A stretch of 59,488 bases of DNA from the IMG/VR virus record IMGVR_UViG_3300032296_001520, positions 1 through 59,488 of that record; one strand, written 5' to 3'. Below the pieces are notes generated by a model. It was not told the origin of the DNA, did not search any database, and saw nothing but the letters and a program-made list of their open reading frames with translations. A program made the translations under genes and the position numbers. Shown here one piece after another: positions 44,423-54,349 of the stretch (the first letter of the stretch is position 1; each line of letters starts with the position of its first letter). This DNA is from a virus. Taxonomy: Duplodnaviria > Caudoviricetes.

Positions 44423-45543
44423 TGGCCTTTATATCTGAAGAAGATCGCAGGCGCGCCCTCGCCCTTATGGCTCAGCAGCAGGGCTTAAGCGGAATCTTCA
44501 TGCGCCCACCCCCTCCAGTTCAAGCGACGCCATCCACGCCCCTTCCGGGGATTCCTCTGGATAGCCCTGTGGTGGCTCCTCAGATGTCTCAGTATGACGA
44601 GTTCGCACCCGCCCGTATGTTAATGCAGAGGGCTCCTCAGCGGTTTGCCCCAACTGGGGTTAAGGGTATCGACGATGAATTGACACGTCGCTCTGAAAGT
44701 CAGCGGACTGGCGCTGAGAACTTCATGGGCATCATTGAGGGCGCTCAGGCCGACCCTCGTGTGATGGCCATTCTTCAGGCTCAGCGCGAGCGCTCTCAAA
44801 GAGAAATGGCTGAACTTGATAAAGATAAGAAGCGGTCTGGATGGGATGCTCTGGCACGCGCCGGCATTGCAATGGCAAAGAGCAATAGCCCGTATTTTGT
44901 GCAAGCTCTGGCGTCTGGCATGGAGGCCGGCCTTGAAGGGCTTGATGAAGCCAAACTGAAGCGCGACGAGAAGCGCTCACGACTTCAGGCGGCTGAGGAA
45001 AATACGATCCTCGCCGAGATTAAGGCGAAGCAAGAAGCGCAGGATCGTTCTGTCAGCATTTACAACGCGGCTATTGCTGCTGGCAAGACCGAGAGCCAAG
45101 CCCGCGATGAAGCTATTAAGAGTGCGGTCGCGGTGAATACACTGCCTCAGCAGCTTCGCTTGGCCGATCTTGAAGTTGAGACTGCTGAAGCCACTCTCGC
45201 GAATAAAAAGGCTGATACCTTCCGTACGCTGAATCCTGTTCGCAGTGGTGGCGGCGGTGGCGGCGGTGGTGGCAGTGGTGGCAGAGGTGGCCGGAAGCCT
45301 ATGACTGAAAATCAGCGCCTGACAAAAATTGCGCAGCTTAATAGGGAGCGCCGTGCCGCGATAGTTGATCTTAACACACCGGGCGTATTTGCCAGTCAGA
45401 AAAAGGCTCTTGAGGACGCGATTAGAGCTATCGATACTGAGCTTGAGTCGTTGAATAGGGCCAGTCCGTTACCGGCAAAACCAGCTTCACCAAAGGCTGC
45501 TTTCGTGTATATTCCCGGCAAGGGCCTACAGCCAGTTAAATAA
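44422..45543 (+). CDS. Ejection protein (coiled coil)
   Basis: Helical Ala/Glu-rich protein with poly-Gly linker; position in module. Confidence 0.65.
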   Translation: MAFISEEDRRRALALMAQQQGLSGIFMRPPPPVQATPSTPLPGIPLDSPVVAPQMSQYDEFAPARMLMQRAPQRFAPTGVKGIDDELTRRSESQRTGAENFMGIIEGAQADPRVMAILQAQRERSQREMAELDKDKKRSGWDALARAGIAMAKSNSPYFVQALASGMEAGLEGLDEAKLKRDEKRSRLQAAEENTILAEIKAKQEAQDRSVSIYNAAIAAGKTESQARDEAIKSAVAVNTLPQQLRLADLEVETAEATLANKKADTFRTLNPVRSGGGGGGGGGSGGRGGRKPMTENQRLTKIAQLNRERRAAIVDLNTPGVFASQKKALEDAIRAIDTELESLNRASPLPAKPASPKAAFVYIPGKGLQPVK

Positions 45544-45554
45544 AGGGGTCGTCG

Positions 45555-48284
45555 ATGCCTGTCGTTTTTGTTCCGGGTAGGGGGAATATCCAATTCCCGG
45601 ACAACATGACTTCATATCAGATTCAGCTTGCTATTGAGCGAGAGATCGTTCCCGGTCGTAAACCGGAAACCATTAGCGCGCCTAAAAAGCCTGAGGCTTC
45701 GATCTCCAGCGTATTAAAGGGTGCTGGGCAAAATCTCATGCTTGGCCTTAAGAATGTTAGAGAGGCAGTAAAGCAGATTACTCCGGGAGATGTTATTGAA
45801 AGCGGCCTTGTTACGGCTGGTAAGGTATTAACGGCCCCTCGGATTTTGCAGGACAGCCTACTTGATACGATTGGTATTGGCGGAAAGACACCGCCACCGC
45901 CATCACCGAGTGGTCCGCGTGTCAGTGAGATTATTAATCAGGCGATTGGCCTCGGTAGTCCTGAGCAGCGTGCGCGCCAAGCCGCTGAAAAAGCGCGGCG
46001 CGCTGAAATTTATGGTGCCGTTGCCGCGCGCTCACCCGGGGAACAGCGCAGGTTATCGCAGCAATCTAAGGCAGCCGCCGCGAAACCTGAGTTTGATTCC
46101 ATCATTGGTGAGGGCATTTACAGCGGGGTGTCGTCACTTGCGCAGATGGCTCCGGGTGTTGCAGCGTCTGTACTGACTCGCAGCGCCACGCCAGCTCTGG
46201 CTTCCGCTGGTATGCTATCTGCCTCCGATCAATACTTTAATGTTTTGGATCGTGGTGGAACGAAGGAGGAGGCATTACTGGCTGCGCAGTTAACTGGAGC
46301 TACCGAAGTCGCCACTGAAATCTTGCCAATGGGGGCGGTCGTTAAAAACCTTGGTAAAGTAGGTGTTACTAAGTTTCTAAGGAACTATCTGGGCAAAGAC
46401 TTGCCGACCGAACTGGTCGCAACGATCACGCAGAACGCCATCGACACTGCGATTGCAAATCCTGATAAGACATGGGCAGATTACTTTAATGAACTACCCT
46501 CCGACCTTGGCGTCACGGCAATATCTACACTTGTTCCGGGCGCTGCGTTGGGTGCAGTCAACAAGGGCCTTCAAGTTGCATCAAAGTTTTCTGGGGAGTC
46601 TCAGGCTGAAGAGGAGGCCGCAGCTCCAAGCACGCCGCCTCCGGCTGACATGGAGGCTCTTAACAAAGCGCTTGGCCCAGTCGGCGGAAAAATCACGCTA
46701 CAAGAGCCGTCAGGCCCGCAGGAATACACGTTTGAAGGCTTCGACGAGGATGGCGGCATCGTCCTGTCAGATGTAGATGGCTTAACATTCTCTGAAGACC
46801 CAGATCAGATCCAAGCCGCAATGAAGGTTGGCGTCGCAGACTCCGAAGAAGGAGTGGGCGGCATGGCTTTTGGTATGGATATTACTGAAGGCTTGCCTGA
46901 TGTGGTTGCGCCTCTGCCACCTTCGCCTGTCGCCGCGCCTGAGCCGACCGCTGCGCCAGTCATCACTGAGCCTGTACGGGAGCCTGAACTTCCACCTCCA
47001 CCACAAGAGAATGTTCGCACAGTTACAACTCCCGGTGGATCAAAGGTAAATACCGCATTTGAAGTTGTCGATGCTGCCGATCTTGCCACCGCTACGGGTG
47101 ATCTGCAAAACCGCGACCGCAGCCGCGCTGCCACTGATATGCAGGTTCAGGACATCTTTTCTAACTTTGACCCCGAGCGCCTTGGGGAAAGCCTTGAGAG
47201 TGATCGCGGTTCTCCCATAATTGGCCCTGATAACACCGTCGAGAGCGGCAATGGTCGCGTCATGGCAATCAATAAGGTGTATGCTGAGTCCCCTGAGAGG
47301 GCTGAGGTGTATCGTAAATTCATTGAAAGTCAGGGCTTTGACACATCCGGGTATGAGCGCCCAGTTTTAGTTCGTCGCCGCACTGATCCGATGACACCTG
47401 AGGAGCGCTCGAAGTTTGTCCGAGAAAGCAATATGGATACGAAGTTGCGCCTCAGCACCAGTGAGCAGGCTGGTACAGACGCAGCTGCCCTGACGGCTGA
47501 TGTCATGGGCCTTATGGCATCACCGGATGTTAATCAGGCGGTTAACCGTGATTTTGTTCGTGGCTTCTTGTCTAAACTGCCAGCGCAGGAGCAGGCTGGA
47601 TTTTTGGACAAGACAGGCAATCTGTCTGCTGAAGGTTCTCGCCGCCTGCGCACCGCGATCAAGGCGTCCGCTTATGGCGACGCTGACCTTATCAACGCGC
47701 TCGATGAATCTCAGGACAACAACATTAAGAGTATTGGCGGCGCGATTGAAGATGTAGCTCCGACATGGCGCACGATGCGCGATGGCGTCGCTGAGGGCCG
47801 AATACGGCCAGAAATGGATGTAACGGAGCAGCTTGTTGAGGCTGCAAAGATTGTGCGTGATGTTCGCAATCGCGGCCAGAAGATCAATGACTTCCTCACA
47901 CAGCAGGATGCGTTCAACCCGCTTGACCCCATTACCGAGCGGTTCATTCGTTCATTCTATAACCAGAAAAACGGGAAGGCCGCAGGACGAGATGCTATTG
48001 CCGACGTTCTTAGTAAGTATGCCCGCAGGGCGGCTGAACAGACGACTGAAGAAAAGCTGTTTGCAAACGAACCCTTTACCCCTGAGCAGGTTTTGGATAG
48101 CAGCATGGATGGCGACGGTGCTCGGCAGCCTGATATGTATGAAATCAACAAACAGGCAATGGAAGCCATCCTCAACGGCACGCCTGATCAGATGCGGAAT
48201 GCGGTTGCAAAGGCGCAAGAACCCTACGATAAGATCATCGCCGAGGGCGCTGACCTACAGAAAAAAAATCGAGGATGTGACTAA
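45555..48284 (+). CDS. Large internal virion protein with ddrB-like ParB domain
   Basis: LQNRDRSR....QV..I...FDPERLG.S..SD.G.PI.G.DN.VESGNGR.MA motif. Confidence 0.75.
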   Translation: MPVVFVPGRGNIQFPDNMTSYQIQLAIEREIVPGRKPETISAPKKPEASISSVLKGAGQNLMLGLKNVREAVKQITPGDVIESGLVTAGKVLTAPRILQDSLLDTIGIGGKTPPPPSPSGPRVSEIINQAIGLGSPEQRARQAAEKARRAEIYGAVAARSPGEQRRLSQQSKAAAAKPEFDSIIGEGIYSGVSSLAQMAPGVAASVLTRSATPALASAGMLSASDQYFNVLDRGGTKEEALLAAQLTGATEVATEILPMGAVVKNLGKVGVTKFLRNYLGKDLPTELVATITQNAIDTAIANPDKTWADYFNELPSDLGVTAISTLVPGAALGAVNKGLQVASKFSGESQAEEEAAAPSTPPPADMEALNKALGPVGGKITLQEPSGPQEYTFEGFDEDGGIVLSDVDGLTFSEDPDQIQAAMKVGVADSEEGVGGMAFGMDITEGLPDVVAPLPPSPVAAPEPTAAPVITEPVREPELPPPPQENVRTVTTPGGSKVNTAFEVVDAADLATATGDLQNRDRSRAATDMQVQDIFSNFDPERLGESLESDRGSPIIGPDNTVESGNGRVMAINKVYAESPERAEVYRKFIESQGFDTSGYERPVLVRRRTDPMTPEERSKFVRESNMDTKLRLSTSEQAGTDAAALTADVMGLMASPDVNQAVNRDFVRGFLSKLPAQEQAGFLDKTGNLSAEGSRRLRTAIKASAYGDADLINALDESQDNNIKSIGGAIEDVAPTWRTMRDGVAEGRIRPEMDVTEQLVEAAKIVRDVRNRGQKINDFLTQQDAFNPLDPITERFIRSFYNQKNGKAAGRDAIADVLSKYARRAAEQTTEEKLFANEPFTPEQVLDSSMDGDGARQPDMYEINKQAMEAILNGTPDQMRNAVAKAQEPYDKIIAEGADLQKKNRGCD

Positions 48285-51200
48285 TGATAGGTGCAAACTG
48301 CTCCCTTGATATAGATGATGTTGCGCTGAAAAATCCGCCAGAGCCGCCAGTATTTTTAGATCCAGTGCAAAATATTTCATTTAAGTCATCATGGGCTCGC
48401 CCAGCGACAGCCGTTGCCCGGCGTAGCAAGTTCTTTGCGCGAATGCACAAAGCGACGAATGACAAAACTAAAATGCGTAATCTCCTTATGGCTGACTATA
48501 AGGACATGCTGCATGAATTGAACAATATGCCGCAGGAATCCAAGGATCGGATTAATGCGGTTGTTGAATATCTTCGTTTGTCCAAAACGGCTGTTCGTGA
48601 CACTGGTCGCAACTTTGCTATTAAGACCCGTGAGATTCGGCGTGAAGGCGCTGACGGCATTGAGCGTCGCGTTATTCCTGAGCTGTCAAAGCCGGGCCAG
48701 ACTCTGAAACTGAACACCAATGAAACCCGTATGCTTCATGAAGTTCGGGAATATCTGGACACGCGCTATACTCTAAATGCCAAGTCACAGATGGCCGCTC
48801 TTGGCTACAATGGCGAATATAGTCGTCAGGGCATAGAGCGAGAAGTGGCGGATGGAGATTTCCGCGACGAACTTCTGCGCCTATTTGACGCCATTGAGTC
48901 GCAGCGCCTGACCTCATACATCCCATTTATGCGCTCAGGTGACACCCGCATCATGGTCTATGGGCCCGATGGCACAATCGATAGTGGGGCTTTCTTCATG
49001 CTGGATAGTATGCAGTGGCTAAAGGAATTGGTTGGCCCTAAGATCGCGAAGGCGATTCCTGATCCCGGCATTGATAAAAAGATTGCAGAAATTCAGAAAA
49101 AATATCCTGCCAGCGAAGGCTACAAAGTTATCGTAAGCCGTCGCGCTGCTGACATAAATGAGCGTCTTTCTATTGATGATCTTTCCAGCTTGGACAAGTT
49201 GATGAATCTTATGGACGCCAATGCCGGTAAGATTGTTAAGGATTATTTCGACCGAACGATGGGGGGTATGTTTTCTCAAGAAACCATTGGAGGTCTGAGC
49301 GCGGCGAACGCGGCGCAGGTTGCGCGTGGCGTGATTACCGACCTTCCCAAAAGCGTGCGCTCGGTGCTTATGGAAGACCTTATCTCAGGTTTCATGAGGC
49401 AATCTCGCGACATTCCGGGTTATGATACCAACTTCACGGATCGGCTTTTAGATTACAATCGCATCGTGGCATCGACGGTTTCGCACCGGATGTATCGTCA
49501 AGAATACTCTACAGCGTTTGAAGATTTGAAGCGCAATGTGAACAAGGCGGAGCGTGAGTATGCTGAGAAGTGGGACGAGTATGTCGATACCCCTGAGCAT
49601 GTCATGTTGCGCGCTCTTAGGACGATTGGTTTTTTTGGTTCCATGTGGGGGAGTGTCTCTTCTTCAGCTGTGAACGCCATGTCGGTATGGACGATCACGG
49701 CTCCGCAGATGACGATTATGAAGAGATCAGCAGGTCTTGATATTTACAAAATGGTGCCTCAAGTCATGGCCGGCTTCCGTGGTGAGGTTGGATATGGGCT
49801 GCATGTAAATCCATATGCGATCCCCGGTTTAACTGAAGAAGAGCGCGACGCTCTTGTTCTTGCAAACAAGCGCGGAACAATTCAGGCTCAAATAAATCCT
49901 GAGCTTATGGGAATTGAAAGCGGCGTTATGGCAAGCCCCGGTGGCGCACTTAAGCAAAAGTTTAATCGCTATTTTCAATACGGCTCCAGCGTCATTTCGG
50001 TAACTGAAGAGATGAACAAGGCAGCTGCATTTATTGTGGCATATCGTTACGCCCAAGATCCGAAGGCTTTGAAAAACTGGAAGGAAGCCTACAAGGAAAA
50101 CGAGCGCGCCAAGATCATTATTGAGAAGGGTTCAAATCCTTTTGATGTTGCTGAATTCATGGTGGAAACAGCGACGTTCATGGGCGGCCAGATTGAGAAG
50201 CCTCCAATCATGCGCGGCCCCGGCGGGGTTGTTCTACAGTTTTCTCAATACCCTCTACAGGTCATGTTCTTACTGTCTGAAAATCTACGCAAACAGGGTC
50301 CGCGAGGCAAAGTAGCGGGCATGTTCACGATCATGACGATGTGGACTGTGGCCGGCTTGTTGTTTGCGATTCCATTTGGCGATGACGCAATCAATATCTT
50401 CCAGTATATTTATAACAAGTTGAACGGAAGCAAGCTGGATATGCGCACTGAAGCGCAGAGAATGCTGGCTGAGATGTTTGGTGGCGACCCGGAATCTCGT
50501 CGTGATGCTGAAGCAATTCTTCGGGGGCCGTCCCGTGCATTGCTTGGCCTTAACATCAGTGAGCGCGTCGGCTTCACATCGATCATTCCTGAGTTTGAAG
50601 ACGGCCTTAGCATTGTCCCGGCAATCTCCACCAGCGTCCTGAAGGTCCAAGAATATCTTGATCGTCGTAATTCCGGGGTGCAGCCAATTGGTGCTTATGT
50701 GGCCGCTGTATCGCCATTCATTGGTAAGGCACCAACTGACATTCTTAAGGGCTTCGTGCAGTACCCGCAGGAGGGCGTCAGGACGCGCTACGGCACGCTC
50801 GTCAAACCAGCTGAGGAAATGGACTTCTCAGAGCAGTTTAAGCGCGCAGCGGGCTTCCAGTCGGCTGATATTGCCCGTCAGATGCAAGCGAGGCAGGCTG
50901 GAAAAGAAATCAAAGATTCAACGCGAACAGCGGAGCGCAACAATACGCTACGCTTGGGTAAGATGCTTGCGGATATTGTTAAGGCTCAAGAGGCCGGGAG
51001 TGCTGCAAAAGCTGCGGAGCTGGAAAAGAAATTAGAAGCAGAGATGGAGGAAATCGCTCTGAAGTTTGAGGCTGACATCAACGCTGGGAAAATGGAAAAG
51101 GCGGTCAAGCCGCCGTCTTCACAGGTCTTGAGAGATGCCATGATGGCAGAGCTTTATCCACAGATGAGGCTAAATCAAGTCGGGAAGCTGAAGCGGCAAG

Positions 51201-51298
51201 CGTATATTGATACCGTGCGTGACATTATGGTTGAAGAACAGGAGGGGAATCCGTTCTTAGAAGAGGAAGGCGACACTGAGGCCGCCTTCCCCGAATAA
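48284..51298 (+). CDS. Large internal virion/polyvalent-type protein
   Basis: 1004 aa; Y.P..R.G and R..IPGY motifs; hydrophobic C-terminal segments; last gene of the late arm. Confidence 0.7.
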   Translation: MIGANCSLDIDDVALKNPPEPPVFLDPVQNISFKSSWARPATAVARRSKFFARMHKATNDKTKMRNLLMADYKDMLHELNNMPQESKDRINAVVEYLRLSKTAVRDTGRNFAIKTREIRREGADGIERRVIPELSKPGQTLKLNTNETRMLHEVREYLDTRYTLNAKSQMAALGYNGEYSRQGIEREVADGDFRDELLRLFDAIESQRLTSYIPFMRSGDTRIMVYGPDGTIDSGAFFMLDSMQWLKELVGPKIAKAIPDPGIDKKIAEIQKKYPASEGYKVIVSRRAADINERLSIDDLSSLDKLMNLMDANAGKIVKDYFDRTMGGMFSQETIGGLSAANAAQVARGVITDLPKSVRSVLMEDLISGFMRQSRDIPGYDTNFTDRLLDYNRIVASTVSHRMYRQEYSTAFEDLKRNVNKAEREYAEKWDEYVDTPEHVMLRALRTIGFFGSMWGSVSSSAVNAMSVWTITAPQMTIMKRSAGLDIYKMVPQVMAGFRGEVGYGLHVNPYAIPGLTEEERDALVLANKRGTIQAQINPELMGIESGVMASPGGALKQKFNRYFQYGSSVISVTEEMNKAAAFIVAYRYAQDPKALKNWKEAYKENERAKIIIEKGSNPFDVAEFMVETATFMGGQIEKPPIMRGPGGVVLQFSQYPLQVMFLLSENLRKQGPRGKVAGMFTIMTMWTVAGLLFAIPFGDDAINIFQYIYNKLNGSKLDMRTEAQRMLAEMFGGDPESRRDAEAILRGPSRALLGLNISERVGFTSIIPEFEDGLSIVPAISTSVLKVQEYLDRRNSGVQPIGAYVAAVSPFIGKAPTDILKGFVQYPQEGVRTRYGTLVKPAEEMDFSEQFKRAAGFQSADIARQMQARQAGKEIKDSTRTAERNNTLRLGKMLADIVKAQEAGSAAKAAELEKKLEAEMEEIALKFEADINAGKMEKAVKPPSSQVLRDAMMAELYPQMRLNQVGKLKRQAYIDTVRDIMVEEQEGNPFLEEEGDTEAAFPE

Positions 51299-51598
51299 TC
51301 AAAAAGGAATCGAATCGTCGACTTCGCTAGGCTGCGGCTGATAAGTGCTAGCCTTAGGCTGTGCAGGCGACGGCTGCTGCTGGTTATCCTGCCTTGGCTC
51401 GTAGAGCGACACGATAATGTTCTCACGCCCATCGTTGCCGCCGACGCCAGCTGGATTAAACGTGCGGTCGAGCAGGATGTACGGGCCGTTCTGACCCTCC
51501 ATCATAACGCCGATGTTCTTGAACCGGCCCTTGGGCTGACCTTGCCCATCTGTGTATTCGCCGGTCTTGACGACGAGATCATAAAGCTTTTTATTCAT
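51299..51598 (-). CDS. Single-stranded DNA-binding protein (putative)
   Basis: KTGEYTD..G..K.R..NIG; Q/P-rich tail ending DDSIPF. Confidence 0.7.
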   Translation of the reverse strand: MNKKLYDLVVKTGEYTDGQGQPKGRFKNIGVMMEGQNGPYILLDRTFNPAGVGGNDGRENIIVSLYEPRQDNQQQPSPAQPKASTYQPQPSEVDDSIPF

Positions 51599-51609
51599 TT
51601 ACTTTATCC

Positions 51610-52674
51610 TTAGTTAAACAGGTCTTTGAGTGGCTTGATAGCGCGAGGCGCAAGCATCTCCGCCTCAGCAATCAGATCGATGTGCATGTCCTGCCATGCT
51701 TCACGATCATCGGGGGGCAGCGGTGATACCGCTTCATAGGCGGCATACGCCCATGTGTCCCAGTCTGTGATGCCATCGGCATCGACAACGGGGTGCAGCA
51801 TAGTCACCTCAGGATCTGGCTCAGGAGCCGCTACAGGGGCACGTTCAGACTTCTTAGCCACCTTCTGCTCTAAGCCTGCGATCTGACGCTGTGCGCGCTC
51901 TGTGGTGGGCTCAGGCACTGGCTGTGTGATGTCGCTCACGAAACCTGAGAAGCCGTCTGCATCGACGATACCGTCAGCTTCGTTGTCAGCCTGCACTGCA
52001 CGCTGCGCCTCGGTCGATAGCGGCATGTACTTGCTGGCCCGACGCACCACAGTCTTGCGCCACATCTCAGCCTCGTCAGTCTTCCAAGGGCCGACGACGT
52101 TACCGTCCTTGGTCTTGGCAGAAGAGCGATCACGGACGGCAAGAATCTCATCCTTGTTCATGATCTCGAACTGGGTCTCGCCGTTCTTCAGCTTCCACAC
52201 ACAGTACGCGCCGACCATGCCGCCACGATCAGACAGGCCGTGCTTGTGGGTGATGCGTGGTTCGATACCTTCTTCGACCTCGAACACGTCATTGGCGTAC
52301 ACCAGACGGCTTTCGATCTTCAAGACTTCGCCTGCTTGCAAGGCAAGCTTCATCAATCCCTTATAGCGGGGGCGGAACTGCGCCTCGCTGCTCCTAGTTT
52401 TGCCATTCCAGACCTTCAGGATGTCAGCTTCAGCCATGCTCTTGTTAAGCGACAAGCCGAGCTCAGCGGCGCTCAGGCACGCCTTGAGCAGGGAGCCTCG
52501 GTCACATTCAAGCAGTTCCATGTTGTCAGCAACAGCGGCTACAACAATCGCTTGGAACTTATCTACAGACATGGTGTTAGGCAGCAGCTTACGGAGATGA
52601 TCTTCGCGAGCACTCAACTCCTGCTTAAACCGCTGCATCGGCTTAACCGGCGCAACTGCGTCACTTGTTTCCAT
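51610..52674 (-). CDS. recT: RecT-family recombinase
   Basis: L.C...SL...C..AA.LGL; QF...YKGL..LA; VY.ND.F; PW.TD..EM.RKTV.RR..KY.P.S. Confidence 0.9.
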   Translation of the reverse strand: METSDAVAPVKPMQRFKQELSAREDHLRKLLPNTMSVDKFQAIVVAAVADNMELLECDRGSLLKACLSAAELGLSLNKSMAEADILKVWNGKTRSSEAQFRPRYKGLMKLALQAGEVLKIESRLVYANDVFEVEEGIEPRITHKHGLSDRGGMVGAYCVWKLKNGETQFEIMNKDEILAVRDRSSAKTKDGNVVGPWKTDEAEMWRKTVVRRASKYMPLSTEAQRAVQADNEADGIVDADGFSGFVSDITQPVPEPTTERAQRQIAGLEQKVAKKSERAPVAAPEPDPEVTMLHPVVDADGITDWDTWAYAAYEAVSPLPPDDREAWQDMHIDLIAEAEMLAPRAIKPLKDLFN

Positions 52675-52825
52675 TCTTAATTTCCTCTTCTAAATCTTCA
52701 ATCATCAGTTCAATAGCGCGCTCGACTGCGGAACGCAGGCTTGGCTTTAATGGGTGGCGGGCGGCAACACTGCGCATCCTCGCCAGCAACTCGCGGTTCA
52801 ACCGCATCATGACAACATCTTTCAT
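52661..52825 (-). CDS. Ribbon-helix-helix-like small protein (54 aa)
   Basis: Translated by hand: MKDVVMMRLNRELLARMRSVAARHPLKPSLRSAVERAIELMIE. Confidence 0.6.
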   Translation of the reverse strand: MKDVVMMRLNRELLARMRSVAARHPLKPSLRSAVERAIELMIEDLEEEIKNGNK

Positions 52826-53760
52826 CAACTGATACTCACCCTTGTGTAACCCGAACGCTTTCCAGTGTAGGTTCCGACCATATCGGGCGTGATGATCTTA
52901 CCGGGGTTGTCTTCAATTACACTGACAGACAGCTTATAGTCGCCGCACTTAGCGATAGCTTTATCTTTCGACGTGTTCATCGTCTCTAGCTTGGCGCGCA
53001 CCTTGATGAGCAGCTCACCCTTGGCCTCGTCCGCGCGCTGGGCAGCTTTTTTCTCATCCTCCTTGGCAGCCTTATACTTTTGGAATAGCAGCGCATCAGC
53101 CGAGTCTAGCTCGATCTCACTCATTGGCAGTGTGCCCATGAGCTTGGTTAGAGCGTCCATGTCCTTCTCAAAATCAATCGGTGGCTCCTCACCTTCATGG
53201 ATAGAACTCCAGAACGTGGAAATCTCCGACTTGATCCCATCAATAATGTTCTCATTGCGCGGGATCTTCATGCGGCGAGGCTCATCATTAATCAGAGCGA
53301 CCAACCAAGCATGATCAGATGTCGTAAAGGCCAGCTGGTGCTGCACTTGAAGGAGATAACTCTCCGGTGCTTCAAGGATTTCGTCACCCGAATAGTGCCA
53401 TCCATGCCCACGAGCGGACCACTTGATTTCCATCGGAGCCCCATCAACGGTGATGTAATCGAAGGATGCGCCCATGCCGGGGCAGTCATCGACTGTGTAA
53501 TATTCGTTGACCTTCGATATATCCATCGCCCACCGATGCGCTGCCCAATTAGCGATGCCGCTTTCAAGGAACGTGCCGGCTTGGACAGCTTTGTTATCAG
53601 ACAGATCTTCAGGCGAAATCTTGCCCGCCTTCTCCATCCACAACTGCCAGCGGCTAGTGAATGGGGAAAGCCCGAACAATGCAGCTACGTCGCTGCCGCC
53701 AATGTGTTTCGCGCGCAACTCATGCCAGTGCGCTTCTCCCATAACGGGAATGATAGCCAT
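52825..53760 (-). CDS. YqaJ-like viral recombination exonuclease
   Basis: W...R...IGGSDVAAL.G.SPF.S...LW.EK; G..LE; AS.D...EIK; Y..QVQHQ. Confidence 0.9.
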   Translation of the reverse strand: MAIIPVMGEAHWHELRAKHIGGSDVAALFGLSPFTSRWQLWMEKAGKISPEDLSDNKAVQAGTFLESGIANWAAHRWAMDISKVNEYYTVDDCPGMGASFDYITVDGAPMEIKWSARGHGWHYSGDEILEAPESYLLQVQHQLAFTTSDHAWLVALINDEPRRMKIPRNENIIDGIKSEISTFWSSIHEGEEPPIDFEKDMDALTKLMGTLPMSEIELDSADALLFQKYKAAKEDEKKAAQRADEAKGELLIKVRAKLETMNTSKDKAIAKCGDYKLSVSVIEDNPGKIITPDMVGTYTGKRSGYTRVSIS

Positions 53761-53793
53761 GTTGTATGCCTCCGGTCTTTATGTTGTATTCTT

Positions 53794-53821
53794 AATGTAT
53801 ACGCTTATGGTTCAATGTCAA
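53794..53821 (-). promoter_or_regulatory. Putative sigma70 promoter for the exonuclease-recT-ssb genes
   Basis: TTGACA-16 bp-TACATT on the minus strand. Confidence 0.5.
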
Positions 53822-54125
53822 GCCCGCGATAAACATCCTCAAGGGATCGGGCCAAAACATACAGGCCGCCGCGTTTTTCCCACGCATTCTGCCATGCGAC
53901 TTGAGCGATGCCCTGCTTACCGCTGCCTGTCTTCACCTCGATGGCGAAGGCTCGGCCCGGTGACATAACCCCTAACAGATCGGGCGTTCCCTCTGGCGCT
54001 GACTGAATGACACGCGGGCCACCATCAAGCGGGCGGAACTTCCCCACGTTAATGCGAAAGAGCATGATGTCATCCCGCTGCCCAAGGGCAAGCCTGATCT
54101 CCTGCTGAATAACCGCCTCTTTCAT
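53805..54125 (-). CDS. VRR-NUC domain nuclease
   Basis: E..IQ..I; FR.NVG; G.PDL; IEVK...GK....Q..W; GG.Y.LARS. Confidence 0.88.
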   Translation of the reverse strand: MKEAVIQQEIRLALGQRDDIMLFRINVGKFRPLDGGPRVIQSAPEGTPDLLGVMSPGRAFAIEVKTGSGKQGIAQVAWQNAWEKRGGLYVLARSLEDVYRGLDIEP

Positions 54126-54349
54126 TGCATTGTCTCCCCCGGAATCTTCTCCATGCAGTCGTCAATGAAGCGAACCGCCAAGTGAGCCGCGCTTCTGCCG
54201 ATGAGTGCGTTGAACTCCTCGCCGTCCTCGCGCCGCTCCAGCTCCCACTCCCGCATCACGGCGCTAATTGCATTAACCACCCGCTTGACAAGCTCAGTGG
54301 GGATTGCAACCTCTACGAACTCGTCGCCATCCCAATCGTCGCGTTCCAT
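54122..54349 (-). CDS. Hypothetical protein
   Basis: 75-aa ORF; GAGGAAAGG RBS. Confidence 0.6.
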   Translation of the reverse strand: MERDDWDGDEFVEVAIPTELVKRVVNAISAVMREWELERREDGEEFNALIGRSAAHLAVRFIDDCMEKIPGETMQ

